A stretch of DNA of 64,000 nucleotides from a virus (taxonomy: Duplodnaviria; Caudoviricetes): IMG/VR virus record IMGVR_UViG_3300009873_000004, positions 1 through 64,000 of that record, one strand, 5' to 3'. Below the pieces are notes generated by a model, which ran no database searches, had not been told where the DNA came from, and saw nothing but the letters and a program-made list of their open reading frames with translations. This document shows positions 35,450-44,827 of this stretch, piece after piece. Each line of letters starts with the position of its first letter. The stretch's first letter is position 1. Position numbers and translations under genes: made by a program.

Positions 35450-36288
35450 CCTGCCTCCATCCCGCCTGCGTGCATGCCCTGGGCGCTAAAACGCATGAAG
35501 TCCAGGCCGGTCCACTTCTGAAAGAGAAAGGCCAGCGAGTGCGCTTCCTTCTCGGCTACCTCCGGCTCCAGCGCCAACTTCTCCTCCAGCGTCCGTCCCC
35601 GGCTTGCGCCTTCCTGGTGAATGGCGTGGGTGTAGCCCAGATAGACGGGCGGCATGCCGCACTGGAAGGACCGCAGGCCCAGGTCGATGTCCTCGGCCGT
35701 AAAGCCGAAGCGCCGATCCAGGAGCCCTGAGCGCATGATGAACTCGCGGGAGACTCCCAATAGCGCTCCCGTCACCAGCCCGGTGCGCATCACCACCGCG
35801 TCTGGATCGAGCGCGTCTTCAAAGCGACACAGGTGGTCGAAATACCCAGGCAGCGGGCCTTCAGGCGTGGGCACAAAGACCACCCCGGCATGCTGGATGC
35901 GCAGGTCCGGATACAGCAGGCGGCAGCCGATCACCCCGGCTCGCAGCTTCGTTTGCGCGTCGGCCAGCACCTGGAGCGACTCTTCGGTGAAGAGGATGTC
36001 GTTGTTGACCAGGAAGACCGAATACTCGCCGTTGGCCCGCTCGATCCCGGCGTTGCAGGCGGCGGCAAAGCCCTCCCGCTCGATCCGGACCAGTTCCACC
36101 TCGAACTCGGTCGCCAGGGCCTGGAGCAGGTCAAGCGCTTCGCCGTCGTCGCCGTCCGAGACGATAAAGGTCTCGGGGAACATGTGGTCGTGCGTCTGGC
36201 GCAGCGATGTCAGGCAAGCGCGGGTCAACTTCGCCCCCTTGACGCCGTAAGTCGGGATGACGACCGAGGCCCAGGGAGTCTCGATCAT
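35446..36288 (-). CDS. glycosyltransferase, GT2
   Basis: SVVIPTY, VSDG, GFAAACNAG, FLVNND, IQHAG, VTGA, AEDIDL. Confidence 0.92.
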   Translation of the reverse strand: MIETPWASVVIPTYGVKGAKLTRACLTSLRQTHDHMFPETFIVSDGDDGEALDLLQALATEFEVELVRIEREGFAAACNAGIERANGEYSVFLVNNDILFTEESLQVLADAQTKLRAGVIGCRLLYPDLRIQHAGVVFVPTPEGPLPGYFDHLCRFEDALDPDAVVMRTGLVTGALLGVSREFIMRSGLLDRRFGFTAEDIDLGLRSFQCGMPPVYLGYTHAIHQEGASRGRTLEEKLALEPEVAEKEAHSLAFLFQKWTGLDFMRFSAQGMHAGGMEAG

Positions 36289-37280
36289 GGCGCGTTCCCC
36301 CACAACACCTGCTCATAGCGGTCGACGTTGCGGTGCATCAGATGATCTCTGGCCCAGGCCAGGCCTTCCTCGCGCAGTTCCCGCCGCAGGCTATTCTCCG
36401 TACAGATCCGGCGCAGCGCCTTCTTCCAGCCGTCGTTGTCAATCAAGAGACCGCCCTTGGGTTTGTGATAGTAGGCATAGTTGAGAGTCGCCACCCAGGG
36501 CACGCCCGTCCGGGCATACTCCAGCACCTTGAGGTGCGAGCGGTAGCGGTCGTACTGCCCTGAGAGCGGCGCGATCCCGGTTCCAAATTTGGACACTTCC
36601 TGCGGCCAGGCTTCATAGCTGACCCAGGGACGCGAGTCATGCGGAGCCTGGATCAGCGATTGCAGATAGTCGTTGTAGATCACCAGCCGGTGCTCGGGCA
36701 GGCCGACCAGCGCCCTGCCAATCCCGCGACTGATCTCCAGGTTCTGCCAGGTCTGGGCATGCCCGCTCGACCCGCCCCAGCCAATGACCTTGCTGTCCAG
36801 GCTGGCCGCGCCTTCCGGCCAGCAGTCGCCATCCAGAAAATTGCCCAGGAACTGGACCTTGCCGTAGTTGCCGAAATAGCGCACCAGTTCGTGGCTGGGA
36901 ACCACGGAAAGATCCACCAGCGACAGCGCCTTCAAAAAGTTGGGGTAGTTCTGCTTCCAGTAGCGCTTGGCGCTGACGATCTCGGGCATGGCCCCGTAGT
37001 GATCGTCAAAGGTGCAGATGATGCGTTTGGCCCCCGCCAGGCGCAGCTTCTCCACCCGCTCGACGGTCAAGTTGCGCTCGATCAGCACCACCTCGGGCAC
37101 CGGCTCGGTCCAGTCGATGTCGTCGCGAAACTGGCCCAGGCCGTTGATCTGCCAGGTCGCCAGGCGCAGATGGATGGTGTGTCCCGCCTGTTGAAGGTAT
37201 TTGCGAGGAATGTGAATGCGATAGTCGGAGGTGGCCGTCTTTTCGCCCGGCGCATCTCCCTGCAAAAACAGGGCTTCCAA
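36285..37280 (-). CDS. glycosyltransferase (GT-B, GT4-like)
   Basis: TTG start after AAGGAG; YRI..P, TFDD, IGW.GS..H, GIAPL...RYRS.LK.LEY..G.P.VA. Confidence 0.8.
   Translation of the reverse strand: MEALFLQGDAPGEKTATSDYRIHIPRKYLQQAGHTIHLRLATWQINGLGQFRDDIDWTEPVPEVVLIERNLTVERVEKLRLAGAKRIICTFDDHYGAMPEIVSAKRYWKQNYPNFLKALSLVDLSVVPSHELVRYFGNYGKVQFLGNFLDGDCWPEGAASLDSKVIGWGGSSGHAQTWQNLEISRGIGRALVGLPEHRLVIYNDYLQSLIQAPHDSRPWVSYEAWPQEVSKFGTGIAPLSGQYDRYRSHLKVLEYARTGVPWVATLNYAYYHKPKGGLLIDNDGWKKALRRICTENSLRRELREEGLAWARDHLMHRNVDRYEQVLWGNAP
36581..36594. promoter_or_regulatory. 14-bp palindromic site, copy 4 (TTCCAAATTTGGAC), intragenic
   Basis: 13/14 match inside a GT gene; could be chance. Confidence 0.35.
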
Positions 37281-37297
37281 GCCTGATCTCCTTGGCC

Positions 37298-39688
37298 CTA
37301 GAGTCGACGACGGCGCAGCCGCCCGTTGACGGGCGTCTTCAGCCCCTCCTCCACCATGGCCGCGATCTCGTTGCGGTGCGAGGGCACCGGCATCTCGATC
37401 GACGGGATGGCTCCCACAAAGTATTGCAGGTAGAGCGCCTGCGCCCCGCACATCTCGTTGGGGTGCATGACGATAAAGGGCTCGGTGCTGGCATGCACGA
37501 TCTGGCTGTCAGCCACGCACAGCGGACAGGGTCCCGAGGCGCTCTTCTCCGGGTGCAGCACCCGCCGCCAGTGGGACGCGCCCTGCTGCTGAAAGGCGAA
37601 CATCTGCCCGTTGAGGACCGCCATCTTATAGCCCTCTTGCGGGTAGAGCATCGCCCGCCAGGCGATGCGGGCCGTCTGGTGCTCGTCGGTGGCGTTCAGA
37701 TCTTCCAAGAAGCCGTCCGCAAAGGCGTTGATCCAGGCCGACGACTGGTCGAGCCATTCGTCCAGCGCCGCGCCATTGACGGTCCCAAACGCCCCGCCAC
37801 TGGCCTCATAGCTGGCCCGCCCGATCAGCCGGGTGAAGCTGGCGTTGTGCATCTTGAGCGCGGCGATAAAGGCGGCCGGATCCCCCCGCTCCCAGAGCAA
37901 TTCGCGCAGGGCGGCATAGATCTCGGCAAACCAGGCCTTGCGATCCGCTTCGTCGTCGGCTGCCTTGAGCGAGGTCTTGGGCCGACCCTGCGGCTTGGTC
38001 TGGCTGACGGTCTTGCTCGCGCCGTTCGGACCCGCCACGGTCTGGGAGAAGGAAGCCGGAGGCCCGAACTTCTCCTTGTTGGGATCGAACTCCTTCTTGC
38101 GCTCCAGTTCGGTCTCGTAATCGTACCCGGATCGTTCCAGCGTCGTCTGCGGGCTGATCAAGCCGATGGTGTACAACGGCTGGAGTTCTTTCTCGATCTG
38201 GCTGCCGACCTCCAGCAGGGACTTGGAGAACCCGACCTTGGCCGAAGCAATCTTTTCGGCTGCCCTGGACCCGTCGCGCTCGGCCCAGCGGCGGCGATAG
38301 CCCTGCTCCCACTTCAAGACCTGCGTGCGGGCAAACTCCAGCCGCCGCAGGTACATGGTCAGGTCGATGTCCAGGCCCTGGTCGCCGCCTGACGAGCCCG
38401 AGAGCAGCTTGTTGCCGGTCGCCAGTCGGATGTTGGAGCCCAGGTCGCGGTAAACCGCCAGGGTCATCGACTGGTCGATCTGGTCGCCGATGGCGGCTTC
38501 CAACCCCTCGGGCACGATCACCTTGACTTCCAGCCCGAAGCGCCAAACCAGGTCGCCCGTTCGCTGGCCGTTGAGACCGCCGATGGCGGCCTTGAGCGCG
38601 GCCATCTCCTTGGGCGAAGGCGGCATGTCCTTGGTGCCCAGGACGAAGAGCCACAACTGGTTCTTGTAGCCTTCGAGCAAGGCCCGGCGCATCTCGCGAT
38701 AAACCGCCCGCGTCGAGATCGAGCGGAAGGCGCGAGCATACGGCGGCAGGGGATAGCGCTGCCAGTCAAAGGCCTTGGCCCTGACCGGGTAGAGGTAGTT
38801 GGGGTTGATCGGGATGCCCCAGCCCTGGAGCACCTGCTCATTGAAGTCCGGCCCGAAAGCGTTGTAGGTCATCGGCCGGAAGGCGTTCTGCACCAGATCC
38901 TGGGTCCAGGTCTCGCTGTTGTTGAGCGGCCGGATGGCGTAGGGAGTCGCGGCGTTCTGCGGCAGGCGGGCCTGCTGGCCGTAGGTCAGATGGTTGCCGA
39001 CCCAGATGTAGCGCGGGGGCAGCATGAAGATGCTTTCGGCCTGGCCGGTGGCCTTGTCCTGCGGGATCTCGATCGGATAGGCCGAGCCCCACACCCCGAC
39101 GCACATCATCAACTGGTAAAGCACATGGCGCATGTCGATCCCATGCACCGAATAGTGCTCCTGAAGCTGCTTCTCCAGGCCCTTGTCCTTGGGGACCGAG
39201 ACGGTGATCTCGGGCGAGATCGCCACGTCGATGGCGCTCTCCAGGTGCTGCCAGACATCGCCCTCGGTGTTGTTGTAATACTCCGAGAGGTTCATGGCCG
39301 AGCGAATGGCGGCCGGGATCGGATCCGGTGGCCGCTCGTCTTTTCGAGGCTCCTGCCCAACCAGACCGCCCCGGTAATCCGGATCCGGGTCGAGCATCGC
39401 CACCAGGCTGTTGAAGCGGTTGGCTGCCTCCACCAGGACCGGGTCCCGGCGATCAATCGTCTTGCCGCGCTCGCCCTGCCCCACCAGCCGCTCGACCTTG
39501 GCGTACAGATCGCTGTCGGGCGTCCGGTTCCAGATCACCGGAAAGCCAAACTCTCCAGCCTCGTCGTGCTTGGACTGGAGAGTCAGCAGGTCTTTCTCGC
39601 GCTTGGAGATGAAGCGCTGGTTGTGGTTGTCCCACCAGCGCCGGTTCTTGTTCTTGTAGACGAAACGCTCGGTTGGCTTCTTGGGCAT
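37298..39688 (-). CDS. portal protein with fused C-terminal MuF-like domain
   Basis: Follows TerL; portal-like helical core, GRPK linker, then HWRRVL...GPCPLC...HPNEMC. Confidence 0.75.
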   Translation of the reverse strand: MPKKPTERFVYKNKNRRWWDNHNQRFISKREKDLLTLQSKHDEAGEFGFPVIWNRTPDSDLYAKVERLVGQGERGKTIDRRDPVLVEAANRFNSLVAMLDPDPDYRGGLVGQEPRKDERPPDPIPAAIRSAMNLSEYYNNTEGDVWQHLESAIDVAISPEITVSVPKDKGLEKQLQEHYSVHGIDMRHVLYQLMMCVGVWGSAYPIEIPQDKATGQAESIFMLPPRYIWVGNHLTYGQQARLPQNAATPYAIRPLNNSETWTQDLVQNAFRPMTYNAFGPDFNEQVLQGWGIPINPNYLYPVRAKAFDWQRYPLPPYARAFRSISTRAVYREMRRALLEGYKNQLWLFVLGTKDMPPSPKEMAALKAAIGGLNGQRTGDLVWRFGLEVKVIVPEGLEAAIGDQIDQSMTLAVYRDLGSNIRLATGNKLLSGSSGGDQGLDIDLTMYLRRLEFARTQVLKWEQGYRRRWAERDGSRAAEKIASAKVGFSKSLLEVGSQIEKELQPLYTIGLISPQTTLERSGYDYETELERKKEFDPNKEKFGPPASFSQTVAGPNGASKTVSQTKPQGRPKTSLKAADDEADRKAWFAEIYAALRELLWERGDPAAFIAALKMHNASFTRLIGRASYEASGGAFGTVNGAALDEWLDQSSAWINAFADGFLEDLNATDEHQTARIAWRAMLYPQEGYKMAVLNGQMFAFQQQGASHWRRVLHPEKSASGPCPLCVADSQIVHASTEPFIVMHPNEMCGAQALYLQYFVGAIPSIEMPVPSHRNEIAAMVEEGLKTPVNGRLRRRRL

Positions 39689-39717
39689 GATTGAATTGCA
39701 GTGTAATTGCAATTCAA

Positions 39718-39915
39718 TCAGTCGTCAAGCGGCTCGTCTTCTTCCGGCTTGCCGGTCTCCGGGTCGATGTAGCGCTTGCCGTGACAGTCGGGGTAGTTGC
39801 GGCAGCCCCAGAAGGGAGTCCAGGCTGCCCTGGGTCCGGGACGGCGCAGGATCATGGGAGACGCGCCGCATTCCGGGCAGGTCGGTTCAGGTTTCACTTG
39901 AATGATCGACGGCAT
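39718..39915 (-). CDS. topoisomerase-type C4 Zn-ribbon protein
   Basis: CPECG..M..R......FWGCRNYPDC. Confidence 0.8.
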   Translation of the reverse strand: MPSIIQVKPEPTCPECGASPMILRRPGPRAAWTPFWGCRNYPDCHGKRYIDPETGKPEEDEPLDD

Positions 39916-40204
39916 AGATCCCCAGAAGATGTGGATAGAGACGAGGCAGGTCGAGCTTATACAGATCCCACATCAATGTGACCAACTGCTCGGTATTCGG
40001 CTCACGCCCGTTGTGGTGCGCCATGTGGCAGGCGTGGCACAGGGAAATGCACAGGTCCTCCACATCCGTAGACTCCCCCTTCCGGCGACAGATGTGGTGG
40101 ACATCTGTCGCCGGGTTGAGGGCGTTGTCTTCGGGACGGTACAGGCACCACAGGCACCACGGCCCATCACGCTCCGCTGCCCGGCACTGGGCTTGAGTTC
40201 TCAC
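39887..40204 (-). CDS. HNH nuclease (terminase-associated gp74-like candidate)
   Basis: CLWC...DVHHI...LCISLCHACHMAHH; between TerL and portal. Confidence 0.75.
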   Translation of the reverse strand: MRTQAQCRAAERDGPWCLWCLYRPEDNALNPATDVHHICRRKGESTDVEDLCISLCHACHMAHHNGREPNTEQLVTLMWDLYKLDLPRLYPHLLGIYAVDHSSET

Positions 40205-40529
40205 GGATGACGACCTTCCCCTCCCCGCCCAGATCCAGCGTGAGCGGCAAGACCACCAGGACGGGATCGCCTGGATCGGTCCCCTTGACCAGATGCACGT
40301 CCCCAAAACGCTCCTGAAGGCGGGCCAGGTCGGCGGCGAAGATCAGGAGCAGGTCTTCATCGGGCAGATGCCCTTTCGAAGTAGGCGGCTTGCCGCTCGG
40401 GGCTGAGTTCTTTGACGAGCCCGCCGTAGATCCGCCTGCCGCCCCTTTTCCGTTCCGCGTGCTGGTAGTACCTGCCGGTGACTTCGCCACTTCGGTTCCT
40501 CCGAGGCCAACACTCAATCCGCCAGCCAA
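40167..40529 (-). CDS. hypothetical protein
   Basis: Low-complexity N-terminus, structured C-terminus; start uncertain. Confidence 0.5.
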   Translation of the reverse strand: MAGGLSVGLGGTEVAKSPAGTTSTRNGKGAAGGSTAGSSKNSAPSGKPPTSKGHLPDEDLLLIFAADLARLQERFGDVHLVKGTDPGDPVLVVLPLTLDLGGEGKVVIRENSSPVPGSGA

Positions 40530-40562
40530 CCTCTTCCGCAGCCCTGACTTTCTGGCCGGTCT

Positions 40563-41273
40563 CTAGGGCTGCGGCGTAGTAGGGTAAGACCCCTTCCTCG
40601 GCTCGTTTTGGGTCAACTCCCCCACCGGCCCCAGGGTGTTGTCGAACTTGCGGCCGTTGCCGTTGGGAGCCGGGCTGCCGATCTGGGTCTCGGGCAGGAC
40701 CCGCGCCGGTTGGGGCAGGTGTCTCTGATTCCCCTTGCCACCGCCCTGCCCCCGGAACTGGTTGGGCACAGAAGCAGGATGCGGGTTGTACTGTGACATT
40801 TGCTGTGACGCGGGAAAAGCGGGCTGGTTTTGGCCCTTCTGTTTCTGATTCCGCTCCAGGAAATCCGGCACGCCGTTCTTGTCCTTGTCGAAAAGCTGGA
40901 TCAAGGCAGCGGTCACAAACGAGCCCGTCCCCGAGGCGATCGGGATGATGTAGGTCGCCACGATCGCCAGCCAGGGCTCCAGCACCTGGCCGGTCGATAG
41001 CCGGTAGGAAATGACCTGGGAAGTCGCCGAAACCACGCCAAAGAGCGTGATGCCCACGGCTGCCGCCTGCTGCTTGCTGCCGGTCCAGCGCCGAACCGAG
41101 TGCATCGTGTAAGCCAGCAGGCCGTCCACCGTCAGGGCGCTGAGCAGCGCGATGAAGGGTGGGTTGGCCTGGAGATTGACCTGGTAGGTGTGAAATCCGG
41201 CGACGATCGCGCCGCCCAGGAAAATCAGGTAATACAGCATCACGTCAAACCAGGTTTCGCGTTTCTGAGTCAT
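40563..41273 (-). CDS. membrane protein (about 4 TM) with low-complexity Gln/Pro tail
   Basis: Hydrophobic helices in the first 135 aa. Confidence 0.7.
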   Translation of the reverse strand: MTQKRETWFDVMLYYLIFLGGAIVAGFHTYQVNLQANPPFIALLSALTVDGLLAYTMHSVRRWTGSKQQAAAVGITLFGVVSATSQVISYRLSTGQVLEPWLAIVATYIIPIASGTGSFVTAALIQLFDKDKNGVPDFLERNQKQKGQNQPAFPASQQMSQYNPHPASVPNQFRGQGGGKGNQRHLPQPARVLPETQIGSPAPNGNGRKFDNTLGPVGELTQNEPRKGSYPTTPQP

Positions 41274-41494
41274 TTCTTCTTGCCCTTTCCAGGTTTCTGA
41301 GTCACTGCCTGATCGCCTTGCTGCTCTTTGCGCTCCACCCAGTCCAGGGGAATGCGCTTCATCCAGCCCACCGTGAAGTAGGGGATCTCGCCCTTCTGGA
41401 TCTGGGTCAGCACGTTCTTGTAGCTGATTCCCCAGCGTTTTGCCAGGTCGCGTGGCGAGATCGCGCTCTGGGACGTTTGTTCTATCATAGGCAT
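41270..41494 (-). CDS. excisionase-like HTH DNA-binding protein
   Basis: SPRDLAKRWGISYKNV...IQKGEIP...VG...RIP. Confidence 0.8.
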   Translation of the reverse strand: MPMIEQTSQSAISPRDLAKRWGISYKNVLTQIQKGEIPYFTVGWMKRIPLDWVERKEQQGDQAVTQKPGKGKKK

Positions 41495-41515
41495 ACTTTG
41501 CCTCCTTATGCAGTT

Positions 41516-41544
41516 AGATTACACGAAAGGGAATAAAGTGTCAA
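41516..41544 (-). promoter_or_regulatory. sigma70-like promoter
   Basis: TTGACA-N17-TAATCT with extended TG. Confidence 0.7.
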
Positions 41545-44397
41545 TTACCAGGGGGCTTGCCAGCCTGTTTCTGATTCCGTTTCGGCCCAGCCCATGGCCG
41601 CCAGAAGCTCGTCCTCGGAATATTGGGCATCCAGCGAGAGCATCGCCTCGTAGATGACGTAGGTGGCGTGGCGCAGCATGTCGGTGTCGTGGTCGACCAG
41701 GCGCTTCTTGTCGGACGGATCAGGCGGGCCGTAGTAGACCGTGTGACCCGACTGGGTCTTCTTCTCGGTCGTGCCGCCCAGTTCGGACTGGAGATCGGGA
41801 TCCGGACCAAGCCAAAGCTTGCGGCCGGGGAAGGGGGTGACGGCGTTGATCATCCAGTTGCGCAGGCGCTCGGTCGAGAGTTGCTTGTTGGGAATGTTGA
41901 CCGTCTCGGCCTTGCGGGCTTCGTCCGACAGGATCCGGTAGACCTCGGGCTCGCGCTCGCGCAGCTTGTTGACCTCGAAGGTGGTCGAGCCGCCCGGCAT
42001 GAAATGGCGGTAAAGCTCTTCCAGTTCCTCCCCGGCCGCCTGCTTGAGCAGTTGCACGGTCGGCAGGTGGTCGGACGAGAAGCCGACGAACTCGCCGGTA
42101 AAGACCTTGGTGCGCACATGCTGGATGATGTCGATCTGGTGCGGCTGGGCGATGCGGCGCATGGTCAGCTTCACCACCAGCCGCCAGACATCCTCGGCCA
42201 CGTCTTCATCGCTGAGTTGAGCAACCACGCCCAGGACGGATGGATCGGGCGAGTAGCCATAGTCCAGGGCCAGGACAAAGCGCTTGACGCGCTGGCTGCC
42301 GAGCTTGAGGATCAGCCCCAGGTCGCGCATGTCCTCCCGCCCCAGGGCGAAGAGTTCCTGGGTGATGTAGGGGTGCGCCCCAATGGCGATCGAGCCAGGC
42401 GGGAAGGACGAGAACAGTTCCTCGCCCCATTCCCCCAGGACCTGGGTGATGTAGCCGTGGCTCTTCTCCCCGCCGTAGTCCTCGATCAGCTTCTGCTTGG
42501 CTTCTTCCGAGTCGTAGAGCGGGTTGATGTGGGTCGGGTACTTGTGGCGTGACCAGGACTTGCCCCGATCGGTCTGGTCGAGTTCGTAGAAGGGCGAGCG
42601 CCGCACGCCGTTGGGCACGCCCGCCAGCACCCAATGGCAGAAGGGCAGGGCGGTCTGGAGCAGGGAATTGAAGACCGGGTAGGTGCCGAAGGCCTGCTCG
42701 TCGCCCCAGATGTAGTGCGCCCGCAGGCCGACCACGTTGCGGTCGGTGCCCGACAGGCCCTCGATGCGGAAGTAGATCAGCAGCCCGCCCTTGAAGCGCA
42801 GGATCGAGTTGTCGCCGCGCTTCTTTTCGGCCACGAACCCGCCCAGCAGGATGTTGCGATCCAGCCGGTTCCAGACCCGGTCCAGGAAGGGGTTCATGTG
42901 GACGTCGGACGGGGTGAAGAACAGCGCTTCGACCGTGCCTTCCGACTCGGTCAACAGCCCGGTCTGGATGACGTCGGCTTCCAGGTCGATCGTGTTGTGG
43001 GTGATGAAGCCGTTGGCGACAAAATTGTGCGATCCAGGAACGTTCAAGTCGTAAGTCAATTCCTCACCGTCAGGTGTAATCGACTCGATTTCGTCCCAAT
43101 ACACATGCCCATCCGCCAGGTTGATCAGATCTCCAATTCGATTGATCCAGCCAACCTTGAGCGCCTTGCTGCGGGAAACCTCGTAGCTTGATTTCAAACG
43201 AACGCCAGCATTGACTCCGGCCGTGTAAACACCGACGCCGGATTGCTCGATCACCGTCCTGACCAGTTGAAGCGGGATGCGATCGTGCTTGCTGGGTCCG
43301 GATTGAACAGCTAGATCGACAGCCGCCTGGACGGCAGCTTCTTTCGAGAAAATGCCGATCTCACTGGCGAAACGAATAACATCCTGGGAGTCGCAGATTT
43401 CGAGCGAATAACTCACTCCCCCAAGATGCGTCTTTTTTGGATAAATCCTGGCGAAGATCCCAAAACGCAACAGCAGTTCACGCAGATCCTTGATCAATTC
43501 CAGGGAGACGCTGGCGTAACCGATGGAACCCGAGCGGGTGGCATAGCCATCCGTGGCATACAACCTGCTCAAAAAGAGCTTCAGCCCATCTCGACCAAGC
43601 GCGAAGATGGCATCGGGAATGAACTTGGTGTGGCTGTTCTTTCCGTTCAGTCCAAGTTCTACCAGCCGCCGCCTCAAGGGATTGACGATCTCATGGCGTT
43701 TGAATTTCTTGTTTGCCACAACGACATAGTCGTACTTTCCACGCCGCCTGAGCGACAGGTCCCGATCCATTCGGTTGAGCCAGCCGGTGAAGTCCTGCAA
43801 AACATCCGGCGAGGCGGTAGTAAAAACCAGCGTTGATCCCGAGATCCCACCATCCCCCAGCAGATAGGCAACCAGGGCAACCTCGCAATCTTCCAGCCCG
43901 CTGGTGTCTTCCGTGGGCATGGGCATCTTGCGAGCCATGCCAACCAGATCGCCTGGCTTGAGATCTTCGCAGTTGGCCCAGCCGCTACCAGTCAAAAAGG
44001 GATGATTGCCGGAAACCCGAATGCTGGATCCCGATCGTGTTGTCACCTTGAATACCGGAACAACTTCATTAGGCCAGATCTTGGCTTTGGTCGGCCAGAT
44101 ACGCCAATCTCCCGCCAGCGAGGCAACGTCCAATGGACCCTTTTCGATGTGGTCGGCTCGTTGTCGTCTTCCGGTATAGGGATCAACAATCAGCGTATCG
44201 CCCGCAATACACTTGGCGATCTTGCGGCCGGTGCAGTAGAGCTTGCGCGGGCTCTCATCGCACCACATCAACTTCTGTTCCCAGGATGGCTCCAGGGTGA
44301 TCTCGTCCTTGAAGACTTCCTTGCGAAACAGGACCCGGTCGACCAGGACCAGGCCCGCGTAGAAGTCCAGATCGTCCGGAGCGGTTTCAAGGGTCAT
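41545..44397 (-). CDS. terL: terminase large subunit, intein-containing
   Basis: Walker A-like GRKIAK/T, Walker B IWGDE, nuclease LALDYGYSPD...DHDTD. Confidence 0.9.
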   Translation of the reverse strand: MTLETAPDDLDFYAGLVLVDRVLFRKEVFKDEITLEPSWEQKLMWCDESPRKLYCTGRKIAKCIAGDTLIVDPYTGRRQRADHIEKGPLDVASLAGDWRIWPTKAKIWPNEVVPVFKVTTRSGSSIRVSGNHPFLTGSGWANCEDLKPGDLVGMARKMPMPTEDTSGLEDCEVALVAYLLGDGGISGSTLVFTTASPDVLQDFTGWLNRMDRDLSLRRRGKYDYVVVANKKFKRHEIVNPLRRRLVELGLNGKNSHTKFIPDAIFALGRDGLKLFLSRLYATDGYATRSGSIGYASVSLELIKDLRELLLRFGIFARIYPKKTHLGGVSYSLEICDSQDVIRFASEIGIFSKEAAVQAAVDLAVQSGPSKHDRIPLQLVRTVIEQSGVGVYTAGVNAGVRLKSSYEVSRSKALKVGWINRIGDLINLADGHVYWDEIESITPDGEELTYDLNVPGSHNFVANGFITHNTIDLEADVIQTGLLTESEGTVEALFFTPSDVHMNPFLDRVWNRLDRNILLGGFVAEKKRGDNSILRFKGGLLIYFRIEGLSGTDRNVVGLRAHYIWGDEQAFGTYPVFNSLLQTALPFCHWVLAGVPNGVRRSPFYELDQTDRGKSWSRHKYPTHINPLYDSEEAKQKLIEDYGGEKSHGYITQVLGEWGEELFSSFPPGSIAIGAHPYITQELFALGREDMRDLGLILKLGSQRVKRFVLALDYGYSPDPSVLGVVAQLSDEDVAEDVWRLVVKLTMRRIAQPHQIDIIQHVRTKVFTGEFVGFSSDHLPTVQLLKQAAGEELEELYRHFMPGGSTTFEVNKLREREPEVYRILSDEARKAETVNIPNKQLSTERLRNWMINAVTPFPGRKLWLGPDPDLQSELGGTTEKKTQSGHTVYYGPPDPSDKKRLVDHDTDMLRHATYVIYEAMLSLDAQYSEDELLAAMGWAETESETGWQAPW
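42994..44211 (-). mobile_element. intein with LAGLIDADG homing endonuclease (406 aa)
   Basis: Block A CIAGDT, block B HPFLT, LLGDG and LYATDG LAGLIDADG motifs, block F/G TYDLNV...HNFVANGFITHN followed by Thr. Confidence 0.95.
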
Positions 44398-44624
44398 AGG
44401 TTGAGCGAAGCGGTGAAGTAGCCACGCACGATGTCGCCCGCTTCATCCCCGGCCAGGATCAGCAGGCTGGCAACCCGGTTGTAGATCTTCTCGCGCAGCA
44501 GGCGCTGTTCCAGGGCAGACTCTGCCGCCGTGCAGCGCTCGTCAATCACGATCGACTCGGACTCCCAGAGTTCCTCCAGGGTCTTGCAAGCGATCGCCAC
44601 GACCTCGCGCAGGTTGTCGCTCAT
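44394..44624 (-). CDS. hypothetical protein
   Basis: ATGA-coupled ORF. Confidence 0.6.
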   Translation of the reverse strand: MSDNLREVVAIACKTLEELWESESIVIDERCTAAESALEQRLLREKIYNRVASLLILAGDEAGDIVRGYFTASLNL

Positions 44625-44827
44625 TCCAGATTTGGAACCAGGGCCATGGGCTCGTCGACCCGCTTGAACTTGCCGTCCACCACCTGCTCAGACGCAGGCT
44701 TCGGTTTCCAACTCCCGGTCTGGTAGCCCGACAGGTCGGTCAGGGTCTGCATCCGGACGAAGAGCGAGTCCTTCGCCAACTGCTCGATCAGGCTCTCGAT
44801 GTCGATCTGCCGAAGGAAGGCGCTCAT
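44621..44827 (-). CDS. hypothetical protein
   Basis: ATGA-coupled ORF. Confidence 0.6.
   Translation of the reverse strand: MSAFLRQIDIESLIEQLAKDSLFVRMQTLTDLSGYQTGSWKPKPASEQVVDGKFKRVDEPMALVPNLE
44624..44637. promoter_or_regulatory. 14-bp palindromic site, copy 5 (TTCCAGATTTGGAA)
   Basis: Overlaps a stop/start junction upstream of terL. Confidence 0.6.

Noticed and set aside
26754-37280. DNA hypermodification or auxiliary LPS/serotype cluster
   Set aside because: Not preferred: no base-modifying or nucleotide-sugar synthesis enzymes, no membrane GT or flippase, and it sits inside the head module. Remains the alternative hypothesis
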